A DNA stretch of 64,000 nucleotides, taken from the IMG/VR virus record IMGVR_UViG_3300030616_000020, positions 1 through 64,000 of that record; one strand, written 5' to 3'. Made by a program: the position numbers and the translations under genes. Position 1 is the stretch's first letter. Each line of letters opens with the position of its first letter. The stretch comes from a virus (taxonomy: Duplodnaviria > Caudoviricetes). Below are positions 1-10,155 of the stretch, one piece after another. The notes under the pieces are model-generated. The model searched no databases and was not told the origin of the DNA. It saw only the letters and a program-made list of their open reading frames with translations.

Positions 1-2626
1 TTCTCAAATAACTTTTCATAGTAGTCTTTTACTCAGGTCTTTTCAAGATAATGCTTATATCGCAATAGGTGATACAGGCGACTCGAATACTTGGGTCACA
101 TTATCAGACCCATCCACAACAACGAAAGTATCTATCTTAAGGGTACGCAGTGCTGATCTCTCAGTAGAGTGGGATTTTAGGGACGATGGTTCTTTCTATA
201 TCACAGGTCTTGGAGACGATGATACAGAGGACCATGTTCTTGCTATCGACGATAGTACAGGTTTAGTTACAAAAAGATCAGTTGCTTCGCTCGGTGGTAG
301 TTCTAGTCCGTGGCAGGTAAACACAAATGTTATAACTCCTGCTGTTTCAGGAGATGATGTTCGACTTGCAACCACTGAGCAGTTACAGTTTGTAGATGCA
401 AATAGTTATATCTACGGTTCTGCTGCGAATACCATACAAATTGTAACAAACTCTACAGTAGTTGCAACATTTAATGGTTCCGGAGATATTGTTACAGGAG
501 GTTCGCTTTATCCTGCTACTGGTGATGTGGAAATATTAGGTTCATCAGGTTCATATTGGGCAGAAGTATTTGCCAATAAATATAGTGTTGACGGTTATGC
601 AGATATTGAATCTGCATCTCTACAGCTTACATTCAAAGTGAATGCAGGGACTGTAATGGTACTCAATAGGGGTGCTACTCCTGATGTGACTATCAGTGCT
701 AGATTGTATTTTAATGATTCTAATACTCAAATTTATGAGGATGGTTCTAGTAATCTCACCTTCACGGATGCAGTAACAGGAACTAAAACTTTAGCAGAAT
801 TAGCAGGTGGTGGTTCATCTCCTTGGACCAGTGATACCAACGGTATAACTTATTCTGCTGGTAACGTAGGTATTGGAGAAGCTTCCAATGCATCATACGC
901 ACTTACAGTAGATGGAGGTATCAGAAGTAAAGGTGCTAATGTTGCCATGTATTCAAGTGATGCACTTGATCTTGATACAAGACTTACGTTTAATGTAGCA
1001 TCTGGTAGTCTTTTCACTTTTTACTACTATGATGAGGGAGATACCCAATTTGAAGATATGAGAATTGGTAGTAATACTTCAAATAAGGGTATTTATTATG
1101 ATGCTAGTCTTGAGCGAGTTGGTATCAATAAAGATGCTCCTGAATATGATCTGGATGTTGATGGTGGTATGCAAGTAGGATCAGGTAGTTCAGTTGGTAC
1201 TTTTTATCTTGATCGTTCGGGTGCAACTTATCCAATGTACATGCAGCATAATTCTACTAATTGGATATTTGGACAGTATACGACTCAGTACATGAAATTT
1301 ACATCTACTTATAACTATTCATCTAAAGAATGGTTATTTGGAAATACTGAGACTTTTGGTTCATCAATCGGTGATTATCGGGTACAAATTGCTGATATTA
1401 CTACAGAAGATTATCCACATTTAATATTGCTTGGTAATAGAACTACGGACGCTGCTCACGGAGAACTGTCATTTCTTAATCAAGCATCAACCGAAACTAG
1501 CAAAAGAGGTGTTGTAATAAGAGCTTCTAGAGATGGTAATAATACCTCTAGTATGCTTGAATTATTCACAATCGAAAGTACTGGTCCCACTTTCCATAAA
1601 GCTCAAATGAATAGTATAGGAAATTGGGGTATTAATGGTAATGCAAGTACTGCAACTGATATTAACCTTAAAACTTATAGAAGTACAGGTCAGATTATAT
1701 GTGAAATAGGTAGGTCATCTGCTTGGACGTATAACAATGCAGGTAATACTTTGGTTACTGAAGGTATGATCTTCAGACCTTCGTCTTATCAGACAAGCGA
1801 TTATTGTAATTTCTATACTTACATTAACTCATACGGTGGAGTTCAATTTAGACGAGGAACATCTTTTAGTGACTTAAGAGTAGGCTATACTCAAATGTTA
1901 TATTATATCGGTAGTACATCATCTGCTACTTTACGTTATTCTTGGTCATCAACTCAGACGTGGTTCTATGGGTCAAGTCAGGCATACATGTATATTGATG
2001 CTGCAACTTCCAACGCTAGTATTTATTTACAAGCAGCCAGTACGTCTGATGCAGCGATATATTTCAGACAAGATACAAGTACCAGATTTATAATAGGATA
2101 TGACGATACTACCAATGTATTTCAGATTCATAGTAGTCCTTCATTTACTACCTCTCTAGCAACTGTTGACTTTGCTGTTACTACTTCAGGTTCTTTGTAT
2201 GCAGGTAATCTCTCGAATATAGATCAATCTACTTATCTTAAGCATAATACCAGTTCTGGTCTTATAAGTTATAATACTTCTTCTGATTTACGCCTTAAAA
2301 CAAATATTGAAGAATATCAACCTGATTCACTTGGATGGATAGTAAATCAGAGGCTTATCAAATTTGATAGAAAAGATGGATCATGTTATGGTGAGATAGG
2401 TTGGGATGGTACTCAGATGTCTAAGATAATGCCTTCTTTGACTTTCAAGGATAAGAAAGGCTATTGGAATATCAAGGAAACCAAGTTCCCTGTACATTTT
2501 CACAGGGCTATTCAACAGCTTCATGCTATTGATCAAGGACATGAAGATAGAATAGGGAAACTTGAGAAAAAAGTCAGAACTTTACGTAGCGAAATCACAG
2601 CATTAAAAAAACAACTAAAATCATAA
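1..2626 (+). CDS. Tail fibre / receptor-binding protein with C-terminal intramolecular chaperone (peptidase S74-like); 5'-truncated by the window edge
   Basis: Frame 2 is open from nt 2, so the listed GTG start at 527 is internal. Ser/Thr/Gly-rich, with GGSSSPW and GNVGIG-type fibre repeats; C-terminal SSDLRLKTNI motif followed by a coiled coil. Confidence 0.85.
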   Translation, partial: SQITFHSSLLLRSFQDNAYIAIGDTGDSNTWVTLSDPSTTTKVSILRVRSADLSVEWDFRDDGSFYITGLGDDDTEDHVLAIDDSTGLVTKRSVASLGGSSSPWQVNTNVITPAVSGDDVRLATTEQLQFVDANSYIYGSAANTIQIVTNSTVVATFNGSGDIVTGGSLYPATGDVEILGSSGSYWAEVFANKYSVDGYADIESASLQLTFKVNAGTVMVLNRGATPDVTISARLYFNDSNTQIYEDGSSNLTFTDAVTGTKTLAELAGGGSSPWTSDTNGITYSAGNVGIGEASNASYALTVDGGIRSKGANVAMYSSDALDLDTRLTFNVASGSLFTFYYYDEGDTQFEDMRIGSNTSNKGIYYDASLERVGINKDAPEYDLDVDGGMQVGSGSSVGTFYLDRSGATYPMYMQHNSTNWIFGQYTTQYMKFTSTYNYSSKEWLFGNTETFGSSIGDYRVQIADITTEDYPHLILLGNRTTDAAHGELSFLNQASTETSKRGVVIRASRDGNNTSSMLELFTIESTGPTFHKAQMNSIGNWGINGNASTATDINLKTYRSTGQIICEIGRSSAWTYNNAGNTLVTEGMIFRPSSYQTSDYCNFYTYINSYGGVQFRRGTSFSDLRVGYTQMLYYIGSTSSATLRYSWSSTQTWFYGSSQAYMYIDAATSNASIYLQAASTSDAAIYFRQDTSTRFIIGYDDTTNVFQIHSSPSFTTSLATVDFAVTTSGSLYAGNLSNIDQSTYLKHNTSSGLISYNTSSDLRLKTNIEEYQPDSLGWIVNQRLIKFDRKDGSCYGEIGWDGTQMSKIMPSLTFKDKKGYWNIKETKFPVHFHRAIQQLHAIDQGHEDRIGKLEKKVRTLRSEITALKKQLKS

Positions 2627-2629
2627 ATT

Positions 2630-2914
2630 ATGGCAAACATCACAATTAACATTCCGGATGATAAGCTACCTTGGGTAGTAGACGGATTCGCTAAAAGGTT
2701 TAACTATCAAGAACAGGTTCCAAATCCTGATTTTGATCCGGAGCAACCTGAAGACCCTGTTACCAACCCTTTAATGATTGATAATCCTGAAGGTAAAGCA
2801 GCATTCGCTAAGAAGATGCTTATTCACATGATTAAACATGAAGCACTCAAAGGACATAATCGTGAAAGTTTGGCAGAAGATCAGGCTGAAGCTGATACTG
2901 TAATACTATCTTAA
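2630..2914 (+). CDS. Small hypothetical protein (tail-fibre associated)
   Basis: 94-aa ORF starting 3 nt after the fibre stop, A-rich upstream region. Confidence 0.6.
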   Translation: MANITINIPDDKLPWVVDGFAKRFNYQEQVPNPDFDPEQPEDPVTNPLMIDNPEGKAAFAKKMLIHMIKHEALKGHNRESLAEDQAEADTVILS

Positions 2915-2924
2915 TTTAAAAACT

Positions 2925-3212
2925 ATGCAAGCGGACGTAACAATTCCTGAAAAGACGAAAACTCAGAGAGTTATTCAGATAGTAGTAGCTCCTCCTAGTA
3001 AGATAGTAGAAGTACTTGTTGAAAGTCCTGATGGTGTTCAGACCTTTCAAGTAGATATTTCTGATCTATGGTCAGGAGCAACTACTACTCAACAGAATAC
3101 TATTAAAGCCTTCTTTAAACGTGTAGGAGCTTTGGCTTTGGACATGAAGAACGAAGCTGATGGAGTAGATGTAACAGAATCAGATGTAAGTGGAGACATT
3201 TTTGAAGACTAA
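2925..3212 (+). CDS. Hypothetical protein
   Basis: 95-aa ORF in a tightly packed operon, AAAACTATG start context. Confidence 0.6.
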   Translation: MQADVTIPEKTKTQRVIQIVVAPPSKIVEVLVESPDGVQTFQVDISDLWSGATTTQQNTIKAFFKRVGALALDMKNEADGVDVTESDVSGDIFED

Positions 3213-3225
3213 AATTTTTTAAACT

Positions 3226-3507
3226 ATGGCAGCTACACCTACTGAAATAAACGCTTATCTGTATAACATCAGAACAGCATTCGTAGAGTACGGCAATAAT
3301 CTTGCTAATGCTCAGAGACTTGGAAGAACAGACCTCTTATGCTATGATATGAAATTTAGGGTTCTTAAATATCTTGTTCGTATCTTAGTAGACTACTTTG
3401 ATAGTGATGACTATCAAAATGTAAATTTTTTCACGCCCGAAGAAGCGAGAGATGTGGCGCAGCACATCAATAATATCTGCGGAACTAATTACATGGTTGA
3501 TTTTTAA
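3226..3507 (+). CDS. Hypothetical virion-module protein
   Basis: 93-aa ORF, AAACTATG start context. Confidence 0.6.
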   Translation: MAATPTEINAYLYNIRTAFVEYGNNLANAQRLGRTDLLCYDMKFRVLKYLVRILVDYFDSDDYQNVNFFTPEEARDVAQHINNICGTNYMVDF

Positions 3508-3528
3508 TAATTTAAAAGAAGAAGAATT

Positions 3529-3834
3529 ATGTTACTTAACGTGCATGAAAGGCTAACACTGGTGAATTTGCTTCCTGAAAAAGGAAACTTTACAACAATG
3601 AAGACTATCGAAGCAATGAAAGATTTGCTTTACCCTTCTGAAGAAGAAACAAAGAAGTATGGTATTGAGCAGAAAGGTAACAACATCTCATGGAATGCAG
3701 AAGGCAACAAGGAAATTGAGATCAAACTTACCAAAGCTCACAAAGATTTAATCACAAAAGCTTTGGAAGACTTGGATGAGAAAGAAGAACTTACAATGGC
3801 TCATTACCAAGTCTTTAAGAAGTTTAAAAAGTAA
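3529..3834 (+). CDS. Hypothetical protein
   Basis: 101-aa ORF in the same operon. Confidence 0.6.
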   Translation: MLLNVHERLTLVNLLPEKGNFTTMKTIEAMKDLLYPSEEETKKYGIEQKGNNISWNAEGNKEIEIKLTKAHKDLITKALEDLDEKEELTMAHYQVFKKFKK

Positions 3835-3840
3835 GAGCGA

Positions 3841-4554
3841 ATGTACAACGTAACACTTAACCAGATCGCATACAGTATCCTTGAATCTGTCAGAGGTAAG
3901 CTCACAGACGATGACAATATCTCTATTGATCAGGTTAAGGATATGGTACACAGCACTAGAGCAAGGCTCCTGAAGCAGAAGTTTGACAAAAATCTAAGAG
4001 TAATAGATGATGTCTTTACTCAGTCTTTGGGAGCCTTGGAAATTGAACCGGTTGATTCATCGGTTCACCCTACTATCAGAGCTGGTCGATATATGTACAG
4101 AACGGTACTTGAGATTCCTGAGACAATAGATAGAAGGAATTACGAAGGTACTTTTACACGTATTGGACCTGCTGATCAGCTTGCAACCAAGTGGAATCTA
4201 GTTAGTTATGACAGAGCCTTGTACTCCGGAAACGGAAGATTTAACGGGGCTTTGATTTTTTGTTTTCTTAGGGATAACAGGATACATCTAATTAGCGGTG
4301 ATAGATACCACAAAGGAGTTCAATACATTGATGTTGAAGGTGTGTTTCAGAACCCTACTCAAGTTGCAATGTTTACAGATGTTGAAGGTAACTCTCTATA
4401 TTCTGATGATGGTCGTTATCCAATCAGCAGAGCTATGAGAGATGACATCGAGAATATAATCATCAAGGAACGTATCGCACCACAAAGTTCTGTACCGAGT
4501 GATGTGATCAATGATGCAACTGACACTTTAGATGCAGCAGAAGCAAGGGATTAG
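3841..4554 (+). CDS. crAss-like tail ring/structural protein
   Basis: 237 aa; position before the IHF-like and tail-tube genes; recalled resemblance to Crassvirales ring proteins. Confidence 0.55.
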   Translation: MYNVTLNQIAYSILESVRGKLTDDDNISIDQVKDMVHSTRARLLKQKFDKNLRVIDDVFTQSLGALEIEPVDSSVHPTIRAGRYMYRTVLEIPETIDRRNYEGTFTRIGPADQLATKWNLVSYDRALYSGNGRFNGALIFCFLRDNRIHLISGDRYHKGVQYIDVEGVFQNPTQVAMFTDVEGNSLYSDDGRYPISRAMRDDIENIIIKERIAPQSSVPSDVINDATDTLDAAEARD

Positions 4555-5050
4555 AGATATCTATAGGTTCTATCGGAAGACCTCTGATAAATCTGTCGAT
4601 TTTCACACGTTTAAGCGTGTTTGGGAGACTTTCATAGAACAAGTGATACAAGGTATCATCTTAGATGGTAAGGACTTTTCTATGCCTTCTTTGGGAAGTG
4701 TCGGTATCAGGAAGCAGAAGGTAATTGTTGCATTAACTCCGGACGGTGACATTGATAAAAGATATTTAAGACCGGATTGGGATGCGACGAAGAAATTGTG
4801 GGCTAGAGACCCTGAAGCTAAGAAAAGGAAACAACTTGTATACCACTTGAATAAACATTTCAATGGATACAATTGCAAATGGTTTTGGGACAAGTCAACT
4901 TGCTCAGTACCAAATAATACAGCTTATTCTCTGACAATGACCAGAGCGCATAAACGAGCTTTATCAGCAGCTATTCGGGATGAGAATATTGAAGTCGATT
5001 ATTACGAACAGAAACCTAAAGTAAGGAGAAGCTATGAGCGAGAGAATTAA
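4532..5050 (+). CDS. IHF/HU-like DNA-binding protein (crAss structural-module type)
   Basis: MPSLGSVGIRK (HU/IHF-like), followed by PDWDATKKLW and HLNKHFNGY as in crAss-like phage homologs. Confidence 0.7.
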   Translation: MQQKQGIRDIYRFYRKTSDKSVDFHTFKRVWETFIEQVIQGIILDGKDFSMPSLGSVGIRKQKVIVALTPDGDIDKRYLRPDWDATKKLWARDPEAKKRKQLVYHLNKHFNGYNCKWFWDKSTCSVPNNTAYSLTMTRAHKRALSAAIRDENIEVDYYEQKPKVRRSYEREN

Positions 5051-5345
5051 CATTGCTAAAGAAACGCTGAAAGACGGTACTGAGAGTATCACCTACAGCA
5101 AATCTTGGGAAAAGAACGGTATGAGTTGCCGTAAGGAAGTCCGCAAGGTTGAAGGAGGCTATATTGTAACCATTTCAAAGCATGGTAAACCTACTGACCA
5201 AGGAGAGGATGCTGAATGGATTGATGAACGCAGAGAGTTCGTTACCACTGAGAATCCCTTTGAGGAGGCTATGGAGGAGAAGAAAGAAGAAGAGAAAGAA
5301 GAACAGAAAATGTTCAAGTTTATTGATATGCCTAATTTAATGTAA
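5034..5345 (+). CDS. Hypothetical protein
   Basis: 103-aa ORF overlapping the previous stop; acidic C-terminus. Confidence 0.6.
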   Translation: MSERINIAKETLKDGTESITYSKSWEKNGMSCRKEVRKVEGGYIVTISKHGKPTDQGEDAEWIDERREFVTTENPFEEAMEEKKEEEKEEQKMFKFIDMPNLM

Positions 5346-5356
5346 AAACAACAACG

Positions 5357-6094
5357 ATGAGCTTAACAGGCAAAACTGTTGATGTAAGTTACATTATTGA
5401 ACGTGTCTATCGAGATTACGGATTTGATCTTGAAGTAAAATTCGATGAAGTAGTAGAATGGATATGGGATGTGATGTCACTGATCGGTGCGCCTCAACCT
5501 CTGGTTGATAAGGTCACTGATGGAAGTGAACATATGCCCCAACCAATCGAGATAGTTAATTTTCGTGGAGAGTTGCCATGTGATGTACATTCAATTTTCC
5601 TAGCAAGAGACTATGAATCTAAACTACCAATGGTCTGTAAGCAAAGCTCTTATTTAAGAGATATGGATCAGATATATCAGAGAGAGTCCCAATACAGCTA
5701 CACGCTTAATAATAACTACATCTTCACATCCTTTGAGGAAGGACAGGTAGAACTGCATTATCGAGCATTTCCTACTAGCGCATTAGGGATGCCTCTCGTG
5801 CCTGATGATATTAAGTTCATCATGGCTGTACAGGCGTTCATAGCTGAACGAATAGGATTCAGACTCTATATGCAGGATCACATGGCAGAAAGAAAGTATG
5901 AGAAACTTCTGCAAGATCGACATTGGTATATAGGTGCTGCTGGAACAAAAGCACACATACCTTCTATTGATGAAATGGAATCTATTAAAAACAGGTTCTT
6001 AAGATTGAGGATTCATCCCGATCTTCATAACACTTCGTTCATATATTCTGCTGATAGCGAGAGACTTATACTTCATAATAATCTTGGACGTTAA
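5357..6094 (+). CDS. Tail tubular / ring protein (P22 gp4-like, crAss Ttub)
   Basis: YTLNNNYIFTSFEEGQVELHY...PLVPD motif; directly before the tail stabilisation gene. Confidence 0.7.
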   Translation: MSLTGKTVDVSYIIERVYRDYGFDLEVKFDEVVEWIWDVMSLIGAPQPLVDKVTDGSEHMPQPIEIVNFRGELPCDVHSIFLARDYESKLPMVCKQSSYLRDMDQIYQRESQYSYTLNNNYIFTSFEEGQVELHYRAFPTSALGMPLVPDDIKFIMAVQAFIAERIGFRLYMQDHMAERKYEKLLQDRHWYIGAAGTKAHIPSIDEMESIKNRFLRLRIHPDLHNTSFIYSADSERLILHNNLGR

Positions 6095-9000
6095 GTGTTA
6101 TTCAAGAAATTTTGTAATATAAGGAGAAAAAGGATGGCTATAATTACGAATGAGTTCGCATCAGGGATGGACCAAGATTCATCCAAGAACAAATATGATA
6201 ATAAGCATTATTATGATGCTGAGAATGTTCGCATACTTACTCAGGATGGAGTAACCAGTGGTGCGCTTGAGGATATGATGGGAACCATTGAACGTCTTGA
6301 TATTGATTCTGGTGGTGCGTTATTCATCGTAGGTCATTGTATTCTCAGGGATAATATTATCATCTTCGCTACAAGAAATCCTTTTGATTCACATGCTGGT
6401 TCATACACAGATTACATCTTAAGAATTCCAATAGAAGATATTGAAAATCTTACAGGAACTAATGTTAAAACTATCAGTCTCAACTATGTCCATGATCCCT
6501 CTCCGGGAAATGTTATTTATAGCGGACAATTATCATTTTCAAAAGGAAGTCCTATAGCTGCTATACCAAGATGGGAGACTGAAAATATTCAGAAAGTTTA
6601 TTGGGTTGATGGATACAATCCATTCAGATATCTGAATACTGTTTATAATGAGGATACCAATGATCTTGCAAACCTTCCTGAAGACAGACTTGAGGTAACA
6701 GGAAATATTGAACTAAGTATACCTGAGTTAGATGATATTGGAACAGGGAGTTTAAGAGCAGGTAGAGTTCAATATGCTTATCAACTTTATACATTAAACG
6801 GATCAGAAACAGTTTTTAGTCCTTTTAGTCCACTATATGATATTTATGGATCATCGACTAATGCACCTAATGATGTTTCGGTCAGAGGTTCTGAAATAGA
6901 TGAAGACACAGGAAAATCTTTTAAAATTTTAATAGATATTCCTTCTTTACAATACACTAGAATTCGTGTTATTGCTATGCAGTGGACTACCTTAGCGGGT
7001 GATCCAGAAATAAGGATTATTGACGAAGCTGATATTGATCCTGCTGGTGGAGAGATAAGTGTCTTTGATAGTGGTCAGAGTCTTGGTTCTTATACGCTTG
7101 AAGAAGTAAGATTACTCCAAACTACATTTGCAATTCCTAGTGTAATAGAAACAAAAGATAATTTTTTATTTACAGGAGACATAAAACTTCAGAGCTTTGA
7201 TGTAGATTTTGATGCAAGAGCATATCGTTTTTGTGGATCATCTTCTGTATCAACAAATTATAATTATAATAGGATTGCTAGTATTCCTCAGAGAGGTTAT
7301 GCTTTTGTAGGCGAAGAAGGATCACTTGAAGGATATACTATACGAGCAAGTGACAAAGCAACTTTTTATGGTGTTAAAGGTCTTACAGGAACTTTGATTG
7401 GAGATTGGACTGATATTCCTGAAGATGCTGATTGTATTTGTGAATTTAACAGACTTAGTGTTCAGAATCATTACAACAGATATATGTATCAAAGTGATGG
7501 TGCAACTGTTGGAGGAGAAGGACCTAATGTAAGTTATACGTTCAGTACTTTGGATATTGAGCCTGATGAAAGTCGTTCAGGTGTAGCAACTTCTTACGAT
7601 TTTTGGGCTGATAACAGTAGTTCAAATAATCCATCTAATGAGTCTTACGCAGCATATTCAAGTCCTTGGAACGCTGGTGAATTTTTAGGTTATCACAGAG
7701 ATGAGATTTACCGATTTGGAATTGTTTTCTTTGATGATAAAGGAAGATCATCTTTTGTAAAATGGATTGGAGACATCCGAATGCCTTCCCATAGTACTGA
7801 GACAGCTAACGGTGTCTATTCATTCAGATATACAAATGATTTTAGTGGTGGTAGAGCAGAACTTCTTAGGGTTAACTTTGATGTAGATATTTCTAGTATT
7901 AGTGATCAGATTGCTAGTTATCAAATTGTTAGAGTAGTAAGAGAATCTACTGATAGAACTGTTCTTGCTCAAGGAATAGCTAATCATCCCGGAGATGATT
8001 CCAATGGAAGATGTCATGTTGGTTGGTCAGATACTACGAAAAGCGGATCAGGAGCAACTGGAAATGACAGACTTCTATATCAGTATCATTCTCCTGAAAT
8101 ATCTTTTAATAAAAATCTTGAGCTTAAAGCAAATGATTTTGTTCAGGTTGTAGGTATTGCAGGTACAGGTTCAAATAGTTTTGGTGAAGCTAGTGCTACA
8201 GGAACTCTTAACAATCTGTTTAAATACACAAACTGGAATCCCCTTGATAATCCTCAAAGGGACGGTGATAGCTATGGTGCAGTACAGGGAGATGAATTTT
8301 ATGACGATAATTTTAGTGATGTTGAGCTTTTCAGACTTGTAAAACAAACCGATCTCGATTTTAGTTTAGGAGGGTTCTTTGAATATAGTAATAAGAATGA
8401 TGATCTTAAGACCACTAAAGGAATATTTGCTCTTATCAAACCGGAGAATGACACTTTTGATGCAAGATTGATTGATTATGATGCTGGAATTAGGTTGATA
8501 AATTACAGAAGAGATTTGTACGGAACTCAATACGGTGGTCATAGTTATACTTCAAGAGCTAATAATCAATATGTTGCAGCAAGTACTATATATGATAAAA
8601 CAGACGTAAGTACTAAAAGAGTTTGTGGTGGTGATACCTTTATAGGAATGTTCGACTGTTTGTATAATACAGGTACAAACGAAGAAGCTCGACCTGTTGG
8701 TGAAGACCCTGATGTTCTTGTTTTCATAGTCGAGACAAGCATAAATCTTGCTCTTAGAATAGATGACGGATATTGTAGACAACGGTTTACAGGTGACGAA
8801 ATGCAATTTCTACATGATGAAGCAGGTATTTATGCTGATGACAATATCGAATCAGGCACTCCAAGTTTTATCTTATATCAAGATGAAGACTTGTATCGCT
8901 ATAATACTGTCTATTCAAAAACCAACACAGCAAAAATCTTTGTTCCTAAACCTTTTGATTGGGTAGCACTTGAGGATTTTGATACACGGGTTTATGCTTC

Positions 9001-10075
9001 TGATCAGAAGATTAACGGTGAGATTGCAGATAGCTGGTTAAAATTCAGAACGGATTCCTTTATCGAACTCGATCCTCAGTATGGACCTGTAACAGCACTT
9101 AAGAAAGTTAATACAAGACTTGTTTTCTTTCAACCTCAAGCCTTTGGTACTATCTCAGTAAATGAAAGAGCATTGCTACAAACTGCAACACAAGCTCAGT
9201 TGAGCCTTGGTGTAGGTGATGTTCTGGAACGTTACGATTATGCGAAGACAGATGTAGGTTGTTCTCATTGGAGACATTTGGTTCTTACACCTAATGCTTT
9301 GTATTGGGTTGATGCAATCAATCAATCTATGTTTATGTTTACCAAAGGACCAGAGGAAATTTCTATAATGAAAGGACTTCATTCTTGGTTCAATGATAAT
9401 ATTGTGGAGCGAAAGGATATGAGTACAACGCTTGGTGAGTCAATGCACCTATTCTATGATCCTGAGTTCCGTGAAGTCTATGTAGTTGATAATAACAGTA
9501 ATTGGGGTTTAATCTGGAATGAGCTTACAAACGGATTTGTATGTCGTACTGATAATCAACCTTGGTATGTAATCAATTATCTTGAGAAGGTACTTGGTAC
9601 TACTAACCTTAGACAATTCCATAGGCACAATGATTTTGCAGGAAGTCGTGGTCACATTTACGGCTCGTATAGAGAAATAAGTCTAACACTTCTTATTAAC
9701 CCTTCTCAACACGATATAGCAATATTCAACAACTTTGAGTGGTTAACCGAATGTTTTGACGATGACTTTGCACTCGGACTTATAGATCAACGCCTTACTT
9801 GGCAAGAATTAAGAATGTGGAATGATTATCAACATACGGGAATAATCCCTCTTGTTGTCGGAGATAACGTCAAACGTAGAATGAGAAAGTGGAGATTTAC
9901 TATTCCAAGAGCAAGATTTGCAAGGAACGGATTTTCATCTTTACCTGATAGTGAACGTTATGCACGTATGCGTGATACTCATATGTTTGCTAGGTTTAGT
10001 TATACGAATGATACTGCTGATCAGAAGTTCACTATACATGATATTCTAACATCTGTTACTATATCTAATACCTAG
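6095..10075 (+). CDS. Tail stabilisation / muzzle protein (P22 gp10-like); likely start ATG 6134
   Basis: N-terminal GMDQDSSK..YYDAENVRI, ETENIQKVYWVDG, YHRDEIYRFGIVF, C-terminal KRRMRKWRFTIPR..RMRD. Confidence 0.8.
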   Translation: MLFKKFCNIRRKRMAIITNEFASGMDQDSSKNKYDNKHYYDAENVRILTQDGVTSGALEDMMGTIERLDIDSGGALFIVGHCILRDNIIIFATRNPFDSHAGSYTDYILRIPIEDIENLTGTNVKTISLNYVHDPSPGNVIYSGQLSFSKGSPIAAIPRWETENIQKVYWVDGYNPFRYLNTVYNEDTNDLANLPEDRLEVTGNIELSIPELDDIGTGSLRAGRVQYAYQLYTLNGSETVFSPFSPLYDIYGSSTNAPNDVSVRGSEIDEDTGKSFKILIDIPSLQYTRIRVIAMQWTTLAGDPEIRIIDEADIDPAGGEISVFDSGQSLGSYTLEEVRLLQTTFAIPSVIETKDNFLFTGDIKLQSFDVDFDARAYRFCGSSSVSTNYNYNRIASIPQRGYAFVGEEGSLEGYTIRASDKATFYGVKGLTGTLIGDWTDIPEDADCICEFNRLSVQNHYNRYMYQSDGATVGGEGPNVSYTFSTLDIEPDESRSGVATSYDFWADNSSSNNPSNESYAAYSSPWNAGEFLGYHRDEIYRFGIVFFDDKGRSSFVKWIGDIRMPSHSTETANGVYSFRYTNDFSGGRAELLRVNFDVDISSISDQIASYQIVRVVRESTDRTVLAQGIANHPGDDSNGRCHVGWSDTTKSGSGATGNDRLLYQYHSPEISFNKNLELKANDFVQVVGIAGTGSNSFGEASATGTLNNLFKYTNWNPLDNPQRDGDSYGAVQGDEFYDDNFSDVELFRLVKQTDLDFSLGGFFEYSNKNDDLKTTKGIFALIKPENDTFDARLIDYDAGIRLINYRRDLYGTQYGGHSYTSRANNQYVAASTIYDKTDVSTKRVCGGDTFIGMFDCLYNTGTNEEARPVGEDPDVLVFIVETSINLALRIDDGYCRQRFTGDEMQFLHDEAGIYADDNIESGTPSFILYQDEDLYRYNTVYSKTNTAKIFVPKPFDWVALEDFDTRVYASDQKINGEIADSWLKFRTDSFIELDPQYGPVTALKKVNTRLVFFQPQAFGTISVNERALLQTATQAQLSLGVGDVLERYDYAKTDVGCSHWRHLVLTPNALYWVDAINQSMFMFTKGPEEISIMKGLHSWFNDNIVERKDMSTTLGESMHLFYDPEFREVYVVDNNSNWGLIWNELTNGFVCRTDNQPWYVINYLEKVLGTTNLRQFHRHNDFAGSRGHIYGSYREISLTLLINPSQHDIAIFNNFEWLTECFDDDFALGLIDQRLTWQELRMWNDYQHTGIIPLVVGDNVKRRMRKWRFTIPRARFARNGFSSLPDSERYARMRDTHMFARFSYTNDTADQKFTIHDILTSVTISNT

Positions 10076-10155
10076 TATTAGAAAGTTTTGGGTGTAATAG
10101 TTGAGTTCTTCTAAATACTTGAGTAATTTTACAAAAGGACATAATAAAAAATGTT

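Noticed and set aside
1-2626. Diversity-generating retroelement target in the tail fibre
   Set aside because: No reverse transcriptase and no template/variable repeat pair is visible in the window
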